A stretch of 64,000 bases of DNA. It comes from Acidobacteriota bacterium (GTDB taxonomy: Bacteria > Acidobacteriota > UBA890 > WLXD01). Location of the stretch: the NCBI GenBank assembly GCA_965205505.1, contig CBDBHB010000009.1, forward strand, positions 3,008,001 through 3,072,000. Direction: 5' to 3'. The notes under the pieces are model-generated. The model saw only the letters and a program-made list of their open reading frames with translations, was not told the origin of the DNA and did not search any database. This document shows, piece after piece, positions 63,352 to 64,000 of the stretch (position 1 is its first letter; each line of letters begins with the position of its first letter). The translations under genes were made by a program, and so were the position numbers.

Positions 63352-64000
63352 CTAGGCTCGCGGGTCAGGCCGACCTGACCCGATACGTCGACGCCCGACG
63401 GCGTATAGGACCACCCCGCCCAGAATCATCACCAGCGTGGAAAGGACCAGCTTCGACAGCCATAGTTGCGGATCCGGCTCGCCATCGGGAGGTACGAACG
63501 CGAGCACGAACGCGACGCTCACCGTGAGGAGGCCTAGGGCGCCCATGAGAATCGCCGCCGGGGCTCCACCTGGGACGCGCCGCACCTCAGGCCCGGCGGG
63601 CTCGCGTTGCAGTCGAATCAGCGCCGCGAAGACGAGCACGTACGGGATCATGTAGCCGATGATCGACATGCTCACCAGGTAGTCGTAGGCGCCGGCCACC
63701 GTCGTTCCGTACTGCGCGAAATAGATGCAGAGGACCTCGATCCCGGCGAGCAACAGCAGCGAGTAGTGGGGCGTGCGCCATCTCGGATGCACGCGTGCAA
63801 ACCACCTCGGCAGAAATCGATCGATTCCGGCGACGAAGGGGACGTGCGCCACGGCTCCGAGCCACAAGCCGACGCTGCCGAGGGCGCTCAGCGCCACGAG
63901 AAAGGCGGCGATCGGAGCGAGCCACCCGAGGCCGAGACGCTGCATCGCGAAGCTGATCGCCTGCAGGATTCCTTGAAACCGGCCGACTTCACTCGCGGGC
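63352..64000 (-). CDS. APC-family amino acid permease (5' part outside window)
   Basis: DRFLPRWFARVHPRWRTPH, YMIPYVLVF, several TM helices. Confidence 0.87.
   Translation of the reverse strand, partial: PASEVGRFQGILQAISFAMQRLGLGWLAPIAAFLVALSALGSVGLWLGAVAHVPFVAGIDRFLPRWFARVHPRWRTPHYSLLLLAGIEVLCIYFAQYGTTVAGAYDYLVSMSIIGYMIPYVLVFAALIRLQREPAGPEVRRVPGGAPAAILMGALGLLTVSVAFVLAFVPPDGEPDPQLWLSKLVLSTLVMILGGVVLYAVGRRRIGSGRPDPRA

Overview
GC-rich bacterial window. Gene content (ADOP-type permease fragment, Oar-like TonB receptor, DUF1592/DUF1552/ankyrin cluster, sulfatases) suggests Acidobacteriota or a similar lineage; this is an inference. The left ~39 kb is a decayed accessory region. It holds a phage capsid pseudogene, remnants of IS3, IS1595, IS6 and IS21, a tyrosine integrase beside a tRNA-Thr 3' att remnant, and many gene fragments joined at abrupt junctions. 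It also has a ~1.95 kb inverted duplication of a sulfatase gene, a small MITE family, and an intact mrp/moaA/ilvD block. The right ~25 kb is intact. The strongest candidate for an undescribed system is at 40.8-51.5 kb: a predicted periplasmic redox cluster in which a cytochrome-c-fused PHM-like copper monooxygenase (all six Cu ligands visible) faces a PAL-like NHL propeller. These resemble the two halves of animal peptide-amidating PAM. Nearby are a cytochrome c, a tandem cupin, a vicinal-Cys exported protein and DUF1592-DUF1552-ankyrin genes. Further right is an amino-acid metabolism block: kinase/phospho-lyase fusion, BHMT-like enzyme, thrB/thrC, DUF1611, a BesD-like hydroxylase and an APC permease. 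All family calls come from motif recognition by eye; no database searches were run.
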